A DNA stretch of 62,713 bases, filler included, from Diploschistes diacapsis (lineage: Eukaryota), in NCBI GenBank assembly GCA_023645945.1. It is 19 parts of 19 records of this genome, joined end to end, with 100 filler letters (N's around TTAATTAATTAA, not from the genome) between each part and the next. Parts side by side here need not be neighbours in the genome. Positions count along the whole stretch, not along the records: positions 47,943 to 49,970 come from JALAIB010002424.1; positions 50,071 to 52,096 come from JALAIB010002425.1; positions 52,197 to 54,220 come from JALAIB010002426.1; positions 54,321 to 56,344 come from JALAIB010002427.1; positions 56,445 to 58,468 come from JALAIB010002428.1; positions 58,569 to 60,591 come from JALAIB010002429.1; positions 60,692 to 62,713 come from JALAIB010002430.1; 12 more parts are not named here. The stretch is one strand, 5' to 3'. This document shows positions 48,382-61,669 of the stretch, piece by piece; position 1 is the stretch's first letter; each line of letters begins with the position of its first letter. The notes beneath the pieces are model-generated. The model saw nothing but the letters and a program-made list of their open reading frames with translations. It was not told the DNA's origin and did no database searches. The position numbers were made by a program, and so were the translations under genes.

Positions 48382-49810
48382 TCAAAACGCCTGTTCCTCG
48401 ACCCCGCCTTTCTCGATGAGGTCTATCATCTCCCTACCCATGACTCCGTAGACGTATGCAGTCCCGACGAGTCGGCAGAGGCTTCCATCCTGCGACGTCT
48501 GAAAACAAGTGGAACGCTTGCGTCTCTGGCAACAACCAGTACGTCGCCTCCACTTACATCAAACGGCACCAAAATCCACAGACCCTTGGTTGTTGTGCAT
48601 AAGATCCAGCCATGTAGGAAACCGTGTATGCGCTGGGTGAACTCTCCTCAGCCCATGTGCTTTGATCGTCATCACCTGTTCTATTCTGCAGCCTTTGCCG
48701 CGCGGTCTCAATGTCAGCCGCCGAGGAAGAGAGCCCGGCCCATTGCAGGAATAGATATCTGTAGTACTCCGGGTGCCATCGGCGGCCTGGACGGCATTCT
48801 TGTAGTGTGCGCGGCTGGTGTGCTTGACGAGCGTCCGCCAGAAGACATCGATGGCGTCGTGCTCCTTGCCGTTGAGTTCAAGGGGAGGCCTTGTGTCCAA
48901 GCCTTGCGGGATCCAGCTTTTGGCGGTTGACTCCCAGTCGCTGTCACCGACCCGAATACCCTAGCAGACCGATTGAACCATGCCGACTGTCGCTCCTTCG
49001 ATGATAATAGGGTCATACTTGACGTTGGCCAGCGAAGCAATTGTTCACGCGCTAATCTTGATGTCCCCTTCCGCCAGCATAGAACAACTGCACGTCTTCG
49101 TCTCCTTCAACCTTCTGATCGACCAAGGTACAGAGCTGACCAGTCCGGAACCCACGAAGGCAGATCCTCAAGCGCATCCGGCGATCTCCGGCATCGTCTC
49201 GTCATGCAGAGAGGCACAACAGATCTTCGGACTCGATAATCATAGCCCTCGCAGCCTCCGTAACAAGATGCCGCTTCGACTTCGCATGATCAACCCCAAT
49301 GCCTCCCTTCTCAAACTCCACTGTCCCAAGATGAGCATGCAAAATGATCATGCAACGTCCGAGCGCCGATTATTCGCGAAGCTCCACAGAAAATGCTCCA
49401 TCCTCGGCACATTGCTCGCAGCGCATCCTGTCCATGCTCCACGCCACCGCAAACACCTCGTTCAGCCCCCTCACCGTCGCGCTCATCCACTCCCACAGCT
49501 GCTCGGACGCCTGGCGGGTATTGTCAACGAGCACGCACGGCACACCGAACGGCGCCCACGGATCAGAACAGCCTCCCGCGCGCGAGCGCCACTTCCTGAA
49601 CGACCCACACGCGCGCGTAAAGTACGGCCTCTCGAGGTAAAACCGCCGTAGCGCCCCCACCCCCATTCCTGCTCCGTCCGACGTGTTGGAGGGCTGAGGC
49701 GAGGGTTGGCGGTGATGCGTAGGTGCTTGTGGGATTGGGTCTTGGGATGGGGGTCGCCCCATACGTAGGACAGGGACTCGTGGGGTCGGCCGTTTTGACT
49801 CGGGAGCATT
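48382..49810 (-). pseudogene. HET-6-like heterokaryon incompatibility gene, frameshifted
   Basis: Motifs are scattered across frames: ESLSYVWGDP, RVWVVQEVALAR, VFWRTLV and RLVGTAYVYGVM. The core LWIDAICINQ segment is not found. Confidence 0.7.
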
Positions 49811-50383
49811 GCCTGCTCCGCATCCCTCCAGAAACAATACCCGTACCTGCCAAGCCGTGTGGCTCACAAAATAGTCCCCATAACGATTTTGTCTGCATCT
49901 TATGTCCCATGATACGAGCCCACGTTGCGTCACAAGCGTACACTCTCCGATGCATCTATATAGTTTGGGGNNNNNNNNNNNNNNNNNNNNNNNNNNNNNN
50001 NNNNNNNNNNNNNNTTAATTAATTAANNNNNNNNNNNNNNNNNNNNNNNNNNNNNNNNNNNNNNNNNNNNGAGATGGTGCTGGGATGGTTGTTAGCGGAT
50101 TGGGGGGTGTCGCGATAGGGAACTAGGAAGGGAGTGTACCGCGTTATGGGGACTTTCGAGCAATGATATTGATGTCACAGCATTTTGCTATGAAACCAAA
50201 GTCATTGGGGCAAATTTAGCTAGGAAAGTGGTTCGTGATGCTTCAAAAAGATGCTTCAAAAAAATTGAAGCGCATAATTAGAATATCCCGAATCGCGGGG
50301 GAACGTCATCATTGAGTTTCCGCAATCGGACGTTCGTATACCTGTTCATTTTCCTAATCCACACTTTTTTTATTCTTCTTGAG

Positions 50384-51788
50384 ATGAGCACTTTAGATAT
50401 TAACGCGCGCCTCGAGTCCCTATCAGAAACCCGTCGCGGCATTTCGCAGTTGATCTCCAGACTCTCGAAACTCTCCACGTCACCAAACCCTCAGACTGAC
50501 GAAAACCAAGTTCGGGTTGAGCTCAGCGCCGAGATACACCAGAGCTTTAGGGAGCTCGAGGAAGAGTTCGAGCTTGTCAAGCAGGAGGCTGAGGATATCA
50601 CTTCTGTTGGCAGCTGGAGGTCCGGTGCTAGGAAGAGCAACGCTGAGCGCGACAGAGAGAGAGTTGCTATTGTGACCCAAGTTGAGAGGCTAGGGGAGGA
50701 TCTCAAGCTGTACTACTTCACGCCATGTTTCGAGAGGCAGTTCGACTAATGGTTTATACAGAGCCCGTGCACAATTTCGCAAAGCCCAAATCCAAGCCAA
50801 GCGCAACGCCGAAGCTGCGAAGCGGAAGGAGAGAGAGCAACTCTTCGCCAGCGTTCAGGAAGGTAACGAAGTCCGCCCAGGCAGGCGTCGAGGGCAAGAG
50901 AAGCTATCACAAGACGAGCTCCTGCTCAATGTGTCAAACGACGTAACAGCTGCCTTGAGACGAACCCACCAGTTGATGCAAGCTGAGCTTCAGCGAAGCC
51001 AATTTGCACACGAGACGCTCCGTACGGCCTCTCCCACCCACTCACTTTGAATGATTCTGGTTACTGATACATACGCAGAACAATCAACAGCTGCCCTTCA
51101 ATCCCTCAACGAATCCTACTCCACCCTCGACAGCCTTCTATCCTCTTCCAAATCCCTCATCTCAACGCTCGTCAGTTCCCAAAAATCTGATACGTGGTAC
51201 CTCGAGACCGCCTTCTGGATCCTAGTCTACACCATCGCCTGGCTCGTATTCCGGCGCATCTTCTACGGCCCCATTCGCTATCTAATCTACCTCCCAACGC
51301 GGTGGATGCTGAAAATCTTCCTCTCGCTCCTAAACATACTTTTTGGCGTTGTAGCTAGCTCAGAGACTGCCGTCGGTGCGACGAGCTCGAGTAGTATCTT
51401 GATAGTTCAGCCCAGCGCATCGGGACGAGGCACACACCGCTTCAATCCCAACATGCCGAAACCATCGATTCCCTCCGGTGCCGGCGGGCAGGGCGCGAAG
51501 GAAGGCAAAGCGGGAGACGGCATTACCGACAAGGTTGGCAAGATGGTGGAGGAGACACAGGAGCAGGAACATCGTCAGCAGCAGGGGATGGCCAGTGGAG
51601 AGAAGGAGCGGTTTGAGAGTAATGAAGATGAGGAAGGGGAAGGGGAGGAGGAAGACGAAGAGGGGGACGAAGAGGAGGAAGAGCCGAGTGAGACGGTGCT
51701 GAGGGAGCCGACGGCGGAAGAGACGCCGAATCCAAAAAAGAGGATGTGGGAGGAGCCGGTGGAGGAGGGAGGGCATGATGAGCTTTGA
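50384..51788 (+). CDS. SEC20: Sec20 ER t-SNARE, ~431 aa, 3 exons (50384-50709, 50762-51021, 51079-51788)
   Basis: Sec20 domain (LRRTHQLMQAELQRSQFAHETL..QSTAALQSL..KSDTWYLETAFWILVYTIAWLVFRR), TM helix, acidic lumenal tail and C-terminal HDEL. Introns splice in frame. Confidence 0.9.
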
Positions 51789-53387
51789 TTGTTTGCACGG
51801 CTAGTTCAGTTTACTATACTTATTGAGTTGGTTGTAAATTCGGTCATCTTTCGTTTCCCTTACCGCCCTTCCCGCCATATGCCTGATGTTTATGATAAAT
51901 GATTCAAAAATTCGCACACTCTAGCGAGCTCATATACGGGGAAACCGAATATCCAATCCATCTTACCTCTATCCCAAGACCATCGAATAGCCAAAACCCC
52001 CCGTCAACTTGATCCCGATCCCTCTTCAAAGGCAGCCCAGTCACACCAGATATTCTCCGTTCCATGCCTCTCCTTCACTCCATCCCCTACATAGCGNNNN
52101 NNNNNNNNNNNNNNNNNNNNNNNNNNNNNNNNNNNNNNNNTTAATTAATTAANNNNNNNNNNNNNNNNNNNNNNNNNNNNNNNNNNNNNNNNNNNNCAAA
52201 TTTTTTAATATATCTACGGATCCGGATTATCAACGGAATCGTACGTTTAATAATATATTAAACGTTACGATCCGTTACGGTTCCGAATATGAATTTTCTT
52301 TTAAATTCGTAACTTTTTATTTTTAATCGTTGTGTACATTCGGTTAAAATAGCGTTCATTTCGGCATTTAGATCGATCAATGTCCGTATAGTATGTCGAT
52401 CTGATCCGACCTCGAAATTAATTTAAATTTATCGTTTTAGAACCCGCGTGCTATTGTTTATATCTGTAATATATAGCTTTTTAGTTTGGTTTATAATTAA
52501 AAAGCTTTAGTTTTTTTTATAATCTTTTTATTAGTTAAGTAGGATCTTTTATCGTGATATTTATAGCTTGCAGTTTTACAAAAGCGATAATTTCATAGAA
52601 CGTATATTAAATATATAGGATCTTCGTCGGATAGATTAAATCGTTAAACTATATCGTTTCTAAATTTCTAATCGTGATATATTAGGATTATGCATTTTTT
52701 GTCTCGACAATTCCTTAGATTTATATATATAGAATAAAATGAATGCTTATATTTTCTATATAAACACGTTTGATAAACGAAATAAACCTTTGGTATAACT
52801 TGTTGTTCCTTTAGTAATATTATTAGTGATAGTTCTTCCATTTTATTATCAATATATAAGTAAGTTCTGCAGTTTTTATTAATATAGTCGTATATAAAGT
52901 TATGGTTTTAATATTAAATGTCGTATAAAACATATTCGTAATATCGTTCGAACGTTACGTCTATAATTAGTTTACCGTATAAGACATACTTCCCGTCTTA
53001 ATATATTAAATATTCGCAGCGGAAATCCTTATACTCGTTTAAGTATTCGTGATCTGAATAATTCCGATTATTAGTAACAAGAATTTTTCTTTAAAAGTAC
53101 TTTTTCTTAATAATAACACGGTTGTTAATACGAAACTCGTACGATACGTTTTCGTTTAGATTATTATTTAAAAATCCTCGGGTATTTAATTTAACGTTAA
53201 AGATCGGATAACATATCTATGTTTTCGCGAGTAATTGTTTTATCGTTTTTTTATATTCCGTTATATTGTTATTCGGAATATCGTTGCTTTTCGAAATTTC
53301 GTTAATTAATGTCAAAATCGATGAAAACGTGGTTTCGGTATTTCTATTAATAGATTCGTCGGTATCGTTTTACTAAGTTATATTATC

Positions 53388-54026
53388 TAGGCTGGCCGTT
53401 TCGTGCCACGGACACTTCCACGGACATTACCGAGAAAAATTTTAAAACACGATACTGCCACGGACACTACCGCTAAAATTTTAAAACACGAACACTTCCA
53501 CGGATATTACACTATAATTAAAGCACGGACACGGACACTACGGCTAAAAAATTTAAAACACGGATACTTCCACGAACACTACCGCCAAAAATTTTAAAAC
53601 ACGACACTGCCACGGATACTATATTGCAGTAAATCCACCGAAACATTACCGTAAATCCACCGAAACACCGCGATAAAAAAATAAAAGCATAAAAAATAAA
53701 CGTGATAATTCCAAAACTATTAAAAAATAAATATTATTTAAAAATGTTTCGGTAAATACACGGACACGATAATAAATTTATTAACACGGACATTACGATT
53801 AAAAATTTTAAAACACGAACACTTCTACGGACACTATATTATAATAAAAGCACGGACACGGACACTACGACTAAAAATTTTAAAACACGGATACTTCCAC
53901 GGACACTATACTACAGTAAAAGCACGGACACGGACACTACGACTAAAAATTACAAAACACGGACACTACCACGGCCGTGTCCGTGGCACGGACACGGCCG
54001 TGGTATTGTCCGTGTCGGCCAGCCTA
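53388..54026. mobile_element. hAT-type MITE, full-length copy (CTTCC subfamily)
   Basis: TAGGCTGGCCGTT ... CGGCCAGCCTA termini. Confidence 0.8.
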
Positions 54027-56500
54027 GTTTATTATCTATCAATAGACGGTTAAATAAAAAAAAATTAAATTTTCGAATAATACTTACGACATTACGTTAA
54101 TTAAAATATAAATAATTAGATAGAACTATTATTATAAACCGAATATTACCTAATCAACAGATATAAAAAAATTAAAATTAAAAATATATAATTACTTAAT
54201 AACGAGATACTGAATAATATNNNNNNNNNNNNNNNNNNNNNNNNNNNNNNNNNNNNNNNNNNNNTTAATTAATTAANNNNNNNNNNNNNNNNNNNNNNNN
54301 NNNNNNNNNNNNNNNNNNNNAAATAATAAACTTTGACACATTTTTATTAATAAAGAAAGAAGTTTCCGTAATATTTAGCTTAGGAGCGGGATGTTAGTAA
54401 AAAGAAATATTTATATTCGTCGTCGGTGTTAAAATATTTTAGGCCGTATATATTAAAAGTAATTCTGGTTTTATATCCGTAAATGGTCCATTCGGTGGTA
54501 GCGATTCTTTTTAAATAAACGTTTCTGATTACTCGCTTCTTTCCGAAAGCATAGTATCGGGTTAATTGCCTATCTTTAATAGGATCTTAGATCTAAAATC
54601 ACGATATATCGTTTTTATATTGGTCGTGATCGAATAAAGCACCCTAAAGGTCTTTAATACTATTAATATTTAAAGGGAATTATAAGTTAACTATAAGAGA
54701 AAGAGAGACGCGATAATTCGTGAATAGTTTTCCGAATTGGTCTATAAATAAATCGAAGAAGAAAAGGAACGATATTTCTTTTCTATATTTTTACGCTATT
54801 TTACCGCTTTTTTTTTATATTCTTTTGATTCTTTTTCAGAATCGTAATACCATACTTTCTCTTATTTTTTCTATTATAAAGCCCCTAGCTTTAATAATAC
54901 ACCAAACTTTCTTTCTTTGTTCTTCATATCCGCCTTATTCTTTTATTATTCTTTCTTTCTTTTTTTTTTTTTTATTCCCTGGTTTTTTCGTTCCGATAAT
55001 ATTGATTTTCTTGTTTATTTATTTTTTGCTGTTTTTCTTTAAAACCCGTATTTAATTTTATATTCGATACTTTTTCCTTAACGTACGTATTCGTATAATC
55101 TTATTTAATTTATTTATTTTTATTCGATCCTCTTTTTCTCGTGTTTATATTCGCGTAATTCTAATTAATCTATTTATTTTTTATCCGGTACCGAATAACT
55201 CGAGCTAATAATACTTATCGTTTCTAATATCGATAATTTTTAATTTCTAATTCTTTCTTAACATCCCATCTATTCGCAACTTAACCCTCTAAATGTATCT
55301 TAATTAAATTTTATTCTTTCGTCCTTCCAATATTAGTAGGTTATTTAAGGATAATTAGATACCTTTTTCCTTTCTCTCTCTATATTTTTGTAAATAATAT
55401 CTTTTTATTATGTTTAGAACTTTTAGATCGTAATCTTCTTTTTATTTTTCGTAAGATATAGAAAGGTCCTTAAACAAGTTTTTAGGTTAGCCCTCATTAT
55501 AAACATAAGACGCGCTGTTTAAAGAGACTTCCCTTGCTATAATAGATAGATAGTCGCAGGTGATGTAGTAAAGGAATGTAATATGATCTCGTAGTCAACA
55601 GCATACCTAGATAGGACATTTGTGAGGTGTAGGATGTATTGATTGTCTAGAGCTACCTAGCAGACCTCCTTATGTGGAGCTGCTCTGAGGGACTCGCCCC
55701 CCACCAAGTCCACAGCCTACTTTTATGTTTACAATATAAGATTACTTTAAACTATTTTTATTAAATAGAATTAAGGATCCTGTTAATCGCTCGCTATTAG
55801 TATATTAAAATTAAGAATTAACAAGATAGGACTTCTATCAATCGGTTTAGAATTTCGAAACGTATTATATCATATTAGAAAAACAACTAGATAATAAGCT
55901 ACCGGACATAATAAAGATATTAATATTTATAATCAAACTTCGTCCAGAACTTTAACATGAATTTATAAAAATCTCTTATAATCCTAACAATTTTAACGTA
56001 TTAATATTATTTATAATCCGCTTGGAGAATATAGGAAAAGGAGCGAAATAATCTTTAACTCGTTATAGGAATGATTTTTCTAATAGAAATCGAGGGAATA
56101 CGCGACGCTTAAGATTAAAAAGACTTTTCTATCGTTTACGAGGAAAAGATTATCGTGATCGAAATATAAATTCCGAATAAGATTTTAACACGTATAATGA
56201 TCTCGTAGATGTATCCTTCTATACGTGTTACAAAAAAAGGCATTACGCGAGTGATTATTTTTAAAATAATAATCTAAATATTACGTTAATTATTAACGTA
56301 GGAATAATAAAAGATTTAAAAAATTATTGAAATCGATATTAAGANNNNNNNNNNNNNNNNNNNNNNNNNNNNNNNNNNNNNNNNNNNNTTAATTAATTAA
56401 NNNNNNNNNNNNNNNNNNNNNNNNNNNNNNNNNNNNNNNNNNNNATATAAGAATATCGTTTAAATATATTATATAAATGATATTAATTAATTCTATTAAT

Positions 56501-56945
56501 TGAGACAGATCAGCCCAGGCGTGCCAAGCCACCGGGGTCACGTGACGGCAGGGTCACATGACGGCAGGGTCACATGACGGCAGGGTCACATGACGGCAGG
56601 GTCACATGACGGCAGGGTCACATGACGGCAGGGTCACATGACGGCAGGGTCACATGACGGCAGGGTCACATGACGGGTACTAACCGTGCCAAGGATGTTA
56701 GGGGGTGGCGGTGTAGGCGGGTAGGACCCGAACCCTATAGGGCTGGCACTTATATACTATTTATTCCTGCCATTTTCCTATTTAGATAGTTTCTTTTCTA
56801 GCTTTTCGAATCGAGACCTTTTATTTATAGATGCTCAGCTATACGTAATCTCACCGGATCAGGCCCAGCCCTCGATAGTATAATATCCTATTCCTGCGCT
56901 GGCGTTTTATATTCGAAAAGTTCACTTTACCTTCGTATTCGTGAC
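56501..56945 (+). mobile_element. Probable LTR containing a 16-bp tandem array, followed by a gag-like relic to 58468
   Basis: GC-richer island starting TGAGAC with a TATA-like TTATATA, homologous to 42045-42103. Downstream is an AT-rich gag-like degenerate ORF. Confidence 0.5.
56535..56676 (+). repeat. 16-bp tandem repeat GGGTCACRTGACGGCA x~8.9
   Basis: Read directly. The first unit has CACGTG and the rest have CACATG. Confidence 0.95.
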
Positions 56946-58568
56946 GAGAGTTTAAAACGTTAATCGAATTAAGTATTCGAGTAAGTCTATGATAACCGGA
57001 ACTCGAAAGTATTTGTAATACGCAGAACCCAATAAGGGGCTACCAGGGGATATGCCAAGTATATACCAAGGCCCGCTAGCGTGTTCTTGTATAAGAACAG
57101 AATTTTCGCAGATAGAAATAATTCTTTAGAAATTATTTCATTAATACATTTATCGTTTAATAGAAATCTAGCCACCGAATAATCATTTATTTATTTTATT
57201 ATTATATTATAATATTAATCTTTATAGTTATAACTTCTTTTCCTTTTTAAGGACTACGGTTCGAAATATAACAAATATCTCGCGACCGAAACGCAATACC
57301 CGTCCATAACCACAAGATAGACAAGAATTAAAAAACGAGTTCAACGAATCGTAAGCTTTTAATAACCGACCTACAAGCGAGATAATATCAGAGGAAGAAA
57401 CTTTCAACCCCGTAAAACTAGAATAAATTCGAATAAAAGATATCCGATTACAAGAACAAATAAAAGTATTAAAAATAAAAAAAAGGATATTATAATTTAA
57501 AAAACGCCTGAAACGCATCGAAAACGACGTTAAACGATTAAAAATTAACGAGAAACTTTCCGCTGCTAACATTTAACCCGACGCCAGCGCGACGCCGCCA
57601 ATTCGCAAGAAACGAGCGAGCAGAGATCATTAAGATACTAAAAACCGTTACTTCAAGCCTAAAAAACTCCCAGATTATTAAAGAAAATCTGTCCGAAAAT
57701 ATCAAAAATGGTTTTAAACCGCTGATAACTCCTTTACGCTGTCCCTTAATTACTTCCAATCTAAAGAAAGGAAAATCCGTTTCGCCATACAGTCGCTATA
57801 AGGTAACCCAAAACAATCGTAATTTACGTATGAATCGAACATCAGCTATAGAATTATTAATTAAGAATATTTCAAACGCTACTTATTGGATCGAATAAAG
57901 GATCTAAAAAATCGTGAACTCGAAGCTACTTAAAAATACGCGAATACCTAATAAAGAATAACTCAGTCGGTATATTCTTTCGAACAATATCTAGCTAAAC
58001 TAGAAACGTAATTATTAATATACACGGAAAAACAACGATATTAATACTTCTTAACAAAATTACGGCCGGATATCTAGCGATTCTTAATATAAACGGCCAA
58101 TACTTCGAAGAATTATAAGGACCTAATATCCTTAACGGTTTAAATAAAAAATTTATTAAAAGATTTACAGCGAGGTAAAGCTCGACAAAAAAAGCCGTTA
58201 TCGACGCGAAATTCTTAAAAGATTCTTAATTCCGAAAATAAGAACGAATCACCGACGATCAACCGATTATCCCGCGATATATTAAAGATATTTCAAACGT
58301 TACTTATTAAATCGAATAAAGAACCCAAAAAATCATGAACTCGAAACTATTTAAAAATACGCGAATATTTAATAAAAAGCAACTTAATCGATACATTCTT
58401 TCGAACAACATCTAGTTAAACTAGAAACGCAGTTATCAAAATACACGGAAGAACAACGACGTTAACACNNNNNNNNNNNNNNNNNNNNNNNNNNNNNNNN
58501 NNNNNNNNNNNNTTAATTAATTAANNNNNNNNNNNNNNNNNNNNNNNNNNNNNNNNNNNNNNNNNNNN

Positions 58569-58956
58569 TATCCGTGTTCGTGGATTCACGGAAATATAAT
58601 ATCCGTATCCGTGTATTTATCGAAATACTTTAAATTATTTTTTTAATTTTAATAATTTTAAAATTATTACGTTTATTTCTTACGCTTTTATTTTTTTAAA
58701 AAAATTTCACTGTAGTGTTTCGGTGGATTTACCGTAATGTTTCGGTGGATTTACGGAAATGTAGTGTCCGTGTTAGTGTTAATGTTTTAAAATTTTTAAT
58801 TATAGTGTCCGTGTCCGTGCTTTTATTATAGTGTAGTGTCCGTGTCAGTGTCCGTGTTTTAAAATTTTAGCTGTCGTGTCCGTGTTAGTGTCCGTGTTTT
58901 GAAAATTTTTGCTGCAGTGTCCGTGTCAGTGACCGTGGCACGAAACGGCCAGCCTA
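58569..58956. mobile_element. hAT-type MITE, partial reverse copy
   Basis: Ends GAAACGGCCAGCCTA at 58956 and is cut by the contig start. Confidence 0.8.
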
Positions 58957-59566
58957 CTTTGTTTAACCTCGAATCGAATCGATTAGAATTAATTTTTATC
59001 ATATAGTTGTTTATTAAATATTATCGAACTGCGAAAGTTTAATAAAGAATTTAATTAGGCGTTGCGAGTTATTTATAAAATTAATTAGCCCGATTCGACG
59101 TTATTCGATTTAAATAATTCGTATGCTTAAATCGACGTATATTAAATTTATAACACTTCGTAAAGAAAACCGAGATTGAAAAACGTTTCTTAATAATCGT
59201 AAAAAACGTAAATTAAATAAACGAATTAAATTAAAAGATCGTTTTATATTTAACACAGACGAAGTTTTTGAAACAATAATTTAAATTAAATCGAGTCGGA
59301 TAGTTTCGAAACGACCTATAACGCGTAAAAAACGTCGTCGCGTTTTTAAAATCGAGAAAGATAAAAGAAAATAGATTTAATTTAGATCGATTGGATTTTA
59401 ATTGCGACGAATAGATTATATCTAAAAACCGTAGAATGTAGCGGTAGTGATTTGAGGTGGCCGGAATCCCCGTGAAACACGTTAGTTAAATTAAACCTAA
59501 AATTTCAGTCTAAATCTAAATTCAACCCAAAAGTTTAGTCTAATAAAACCAATTATCAGTTATAAT

Positions 59567-60052
59567 TAGGCTGGCCGTTTCGTGCCACGGACACGGATGT
59601 TACGATCCAAGTGACTAGGTGGTAGCCACTTGGCACTTCACAGCTGATCGGGCTTAACCCAACCATTCCTTATATATAGTCCAATCATGGTGACACTGGT
59701 CACGTGATGAGTAGAAAAGCCTTAAAAGTTATTTTACTTTCTGTAAGTAGAACGGGAGAACGGTAGTTCTATTTATCTATTAATCTATTCTTTTAAGGAA
59801 TAGTTGGTTATATAAAAACGTTGTTATTGTTCTTATGAATCTTGGTGTGTTCACTTTTATAAATATTCTTAATTATTATTTAAAATTAATTTATATTCGT
59901 TATTTTTATTATTAAATAACAATCTTTTTAAAAATTAGAATAGATTTATTATCGATTTATTTCTTCTTTTGCTTACATTTCTTTTTTAATAGAGACCAAA
60001 TTTATCTTAATTAATATCTCGTGTCTATATTATAGAGATAAAGATTATAACA
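59567..60052. mobile_element. MITE 5' end (59567-59597) interrupted by a reverse LTR family A copy (59598-60052)
   Basis: TAGGCTGGCCGTTTCGTGCCACGGACACGGA is followed directly by TGTTACGATCCAAG...GATTATAACA. Confidence 0.7.
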
Positions 60053-60591
60053 CTTGAACATCCTTAAGAATAAGTGTTTTAGATAGTATAACCGGGCGAT
60101 CGCCACCGATGCCTAAATCCGTACTATTTCGAATATTTAGGATAATAACGCTATTAAATAAAACCGATATCCCGATAACGGATATTACGGAAGCTAAAGG
60201 CGACGATCTCGGAAGTAACGATAAACCCGACGAAAATAAACCGTACAAAAAACCCATTATAAGAATTATTAAATTAATAACGTTTCACGAAAATCGAAAG
60301 AAATTAAAATATTAAATATTTTAGTTTTTTCCGGTTTTCGTAGAACGTTATTAACTTTATAACTTTTATAATAGGTTTTTTATACGATTTATCTTCGTCG
60401 GGTTTATCGTTATTTCTAAGATCGTCGCTTTTAATTTCCGTAATGTCCGTTATCGGGACATCGATTTTATTTAATAGCGTTATTATCCTAAATATTTTAG
60501 ATAATACGGATCTAATTATCGATAACGATCGCCCGGTTATACTATTTGATATATTTATTCTTAAGGATGTTTAAGTGTTATAATCTTTATC
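60037..60591. repeat. Long imperfect fold-back inverted repeat (2 x 277 bp, centre 60314)
   Basis: 60315-60591 is the reverse complement of 60037-60313 with mostly transition mismatches. Confidence 0.85.
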
Positions 60592-60693
60592 NNNNNNNNN
60601 NNNNNNNNNNNNNNNNNNNNNNNNNNNNNNNNNNNTTAATTAATTAANNNNNNNNNNNNNNNNNNNNNNNNNNNNNNNNNNNNNNNNNNNNTA

Positions 60694-61135
60694 CAGTACT
60701 ATGCCAAAAGTAATGGACCCTCCCCCAAATTACACCAAAATGCGTCTATTTCATAGAGCTATTATACCACCCATAAGCCTTTTAAAAATCTAAAAAAATA
60801 TTCAAGCTTTTTATAATAAGATGAATATTTATTCTACTGTTTTTTTATGAAATTATTAAAGCTATAACGGAAGTAATTACGTTGTAAAGATCGAGAACGT
60901 ACCGCTGCCGCGATTTTTGGCGGCAGCGGTACACTTTAAAAGTTTATCGTGTTATTAATCACTCTATATCGCACGGAATTTTTTTAAAAGAATTTACATA
61001 TATTGAGCGTAGTTTTAAATGTCTTTTATAATCTTTTCAACTCCTAAAACCTTTAATTGATGAGTTGGGAGCTCCTGAAATGCGAAAATTTTGGTGTGTT
61101 TTGGTGGAGGGACCATTACTTTTGGGACGTGACTG
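60694..61135. mobile_element. Tc1/mariner-type MITE (~442 bp) with TA target duplication
   Basis: TA|CAGTACTATGCCAAAAGTAATGGACCCTCC versus the right-end reverse complement CAGTCACGTCCCAAAAGTAATGGTCCCTCC, followed by TA. Confidence 0.75.
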
Positions 61136-61209
61136 TACATTATAATAAAAACACGAATACGGACATTACGATTAAAAAATTTAAAACACGGATACTTTTA
61201 CGGATATTA

Positions 61210-61669
61210 TGTTATGATCTCTATCTCTACAAGGTAGACACGAGGTATTGATCAAGGTGGGTTTAGTTTCTGTTAGAAGAGGAGTGCAAGTAAGAGAAGA
61301 AGGTAGAGCAGTTATAGGTTTTAGATTATTTCTGGAAAGAAAACTTTCTAATAATAGAAGTAACGAATATAAATTGATCTCGAGTAATTATTAAGGATGT
61401 CTATAAAAATAAACACGTTCTTTTTTACGAAGGTAAAATCGTGTTTATATATAATTAACTCGCTCGCCGTTTATTATAAATTTAACGAACGATACTTTCG
61501 AGGCTTACCGTTTACGAAAATAAACGCGACCGTCGAGCGATAACGAAAATCTACTCGCCGTTTATAAAAATAAACGTAAACAATAAATATATTATATAAC
61601 CCTTATCCCGTGACTGGTCTATATATAACAAAACTAGGACGTGTTAAGTTTAATACTTGGATCGTAATA
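61210..61669 (+). mobile_element. LTR family A copy with a diverged middle
   Basis: Starts TGTTATGATCTCTATC and ends TTGGATCGTAATA. Confidence 0.6.

Noticed and set aside
2049..60691. Regularly spaced TTAATTAATTAA motif every ~2.1 kb
   Set aside because: Always embedded in N-runs, so it is an artificial six-frame-stop linker and not biology.
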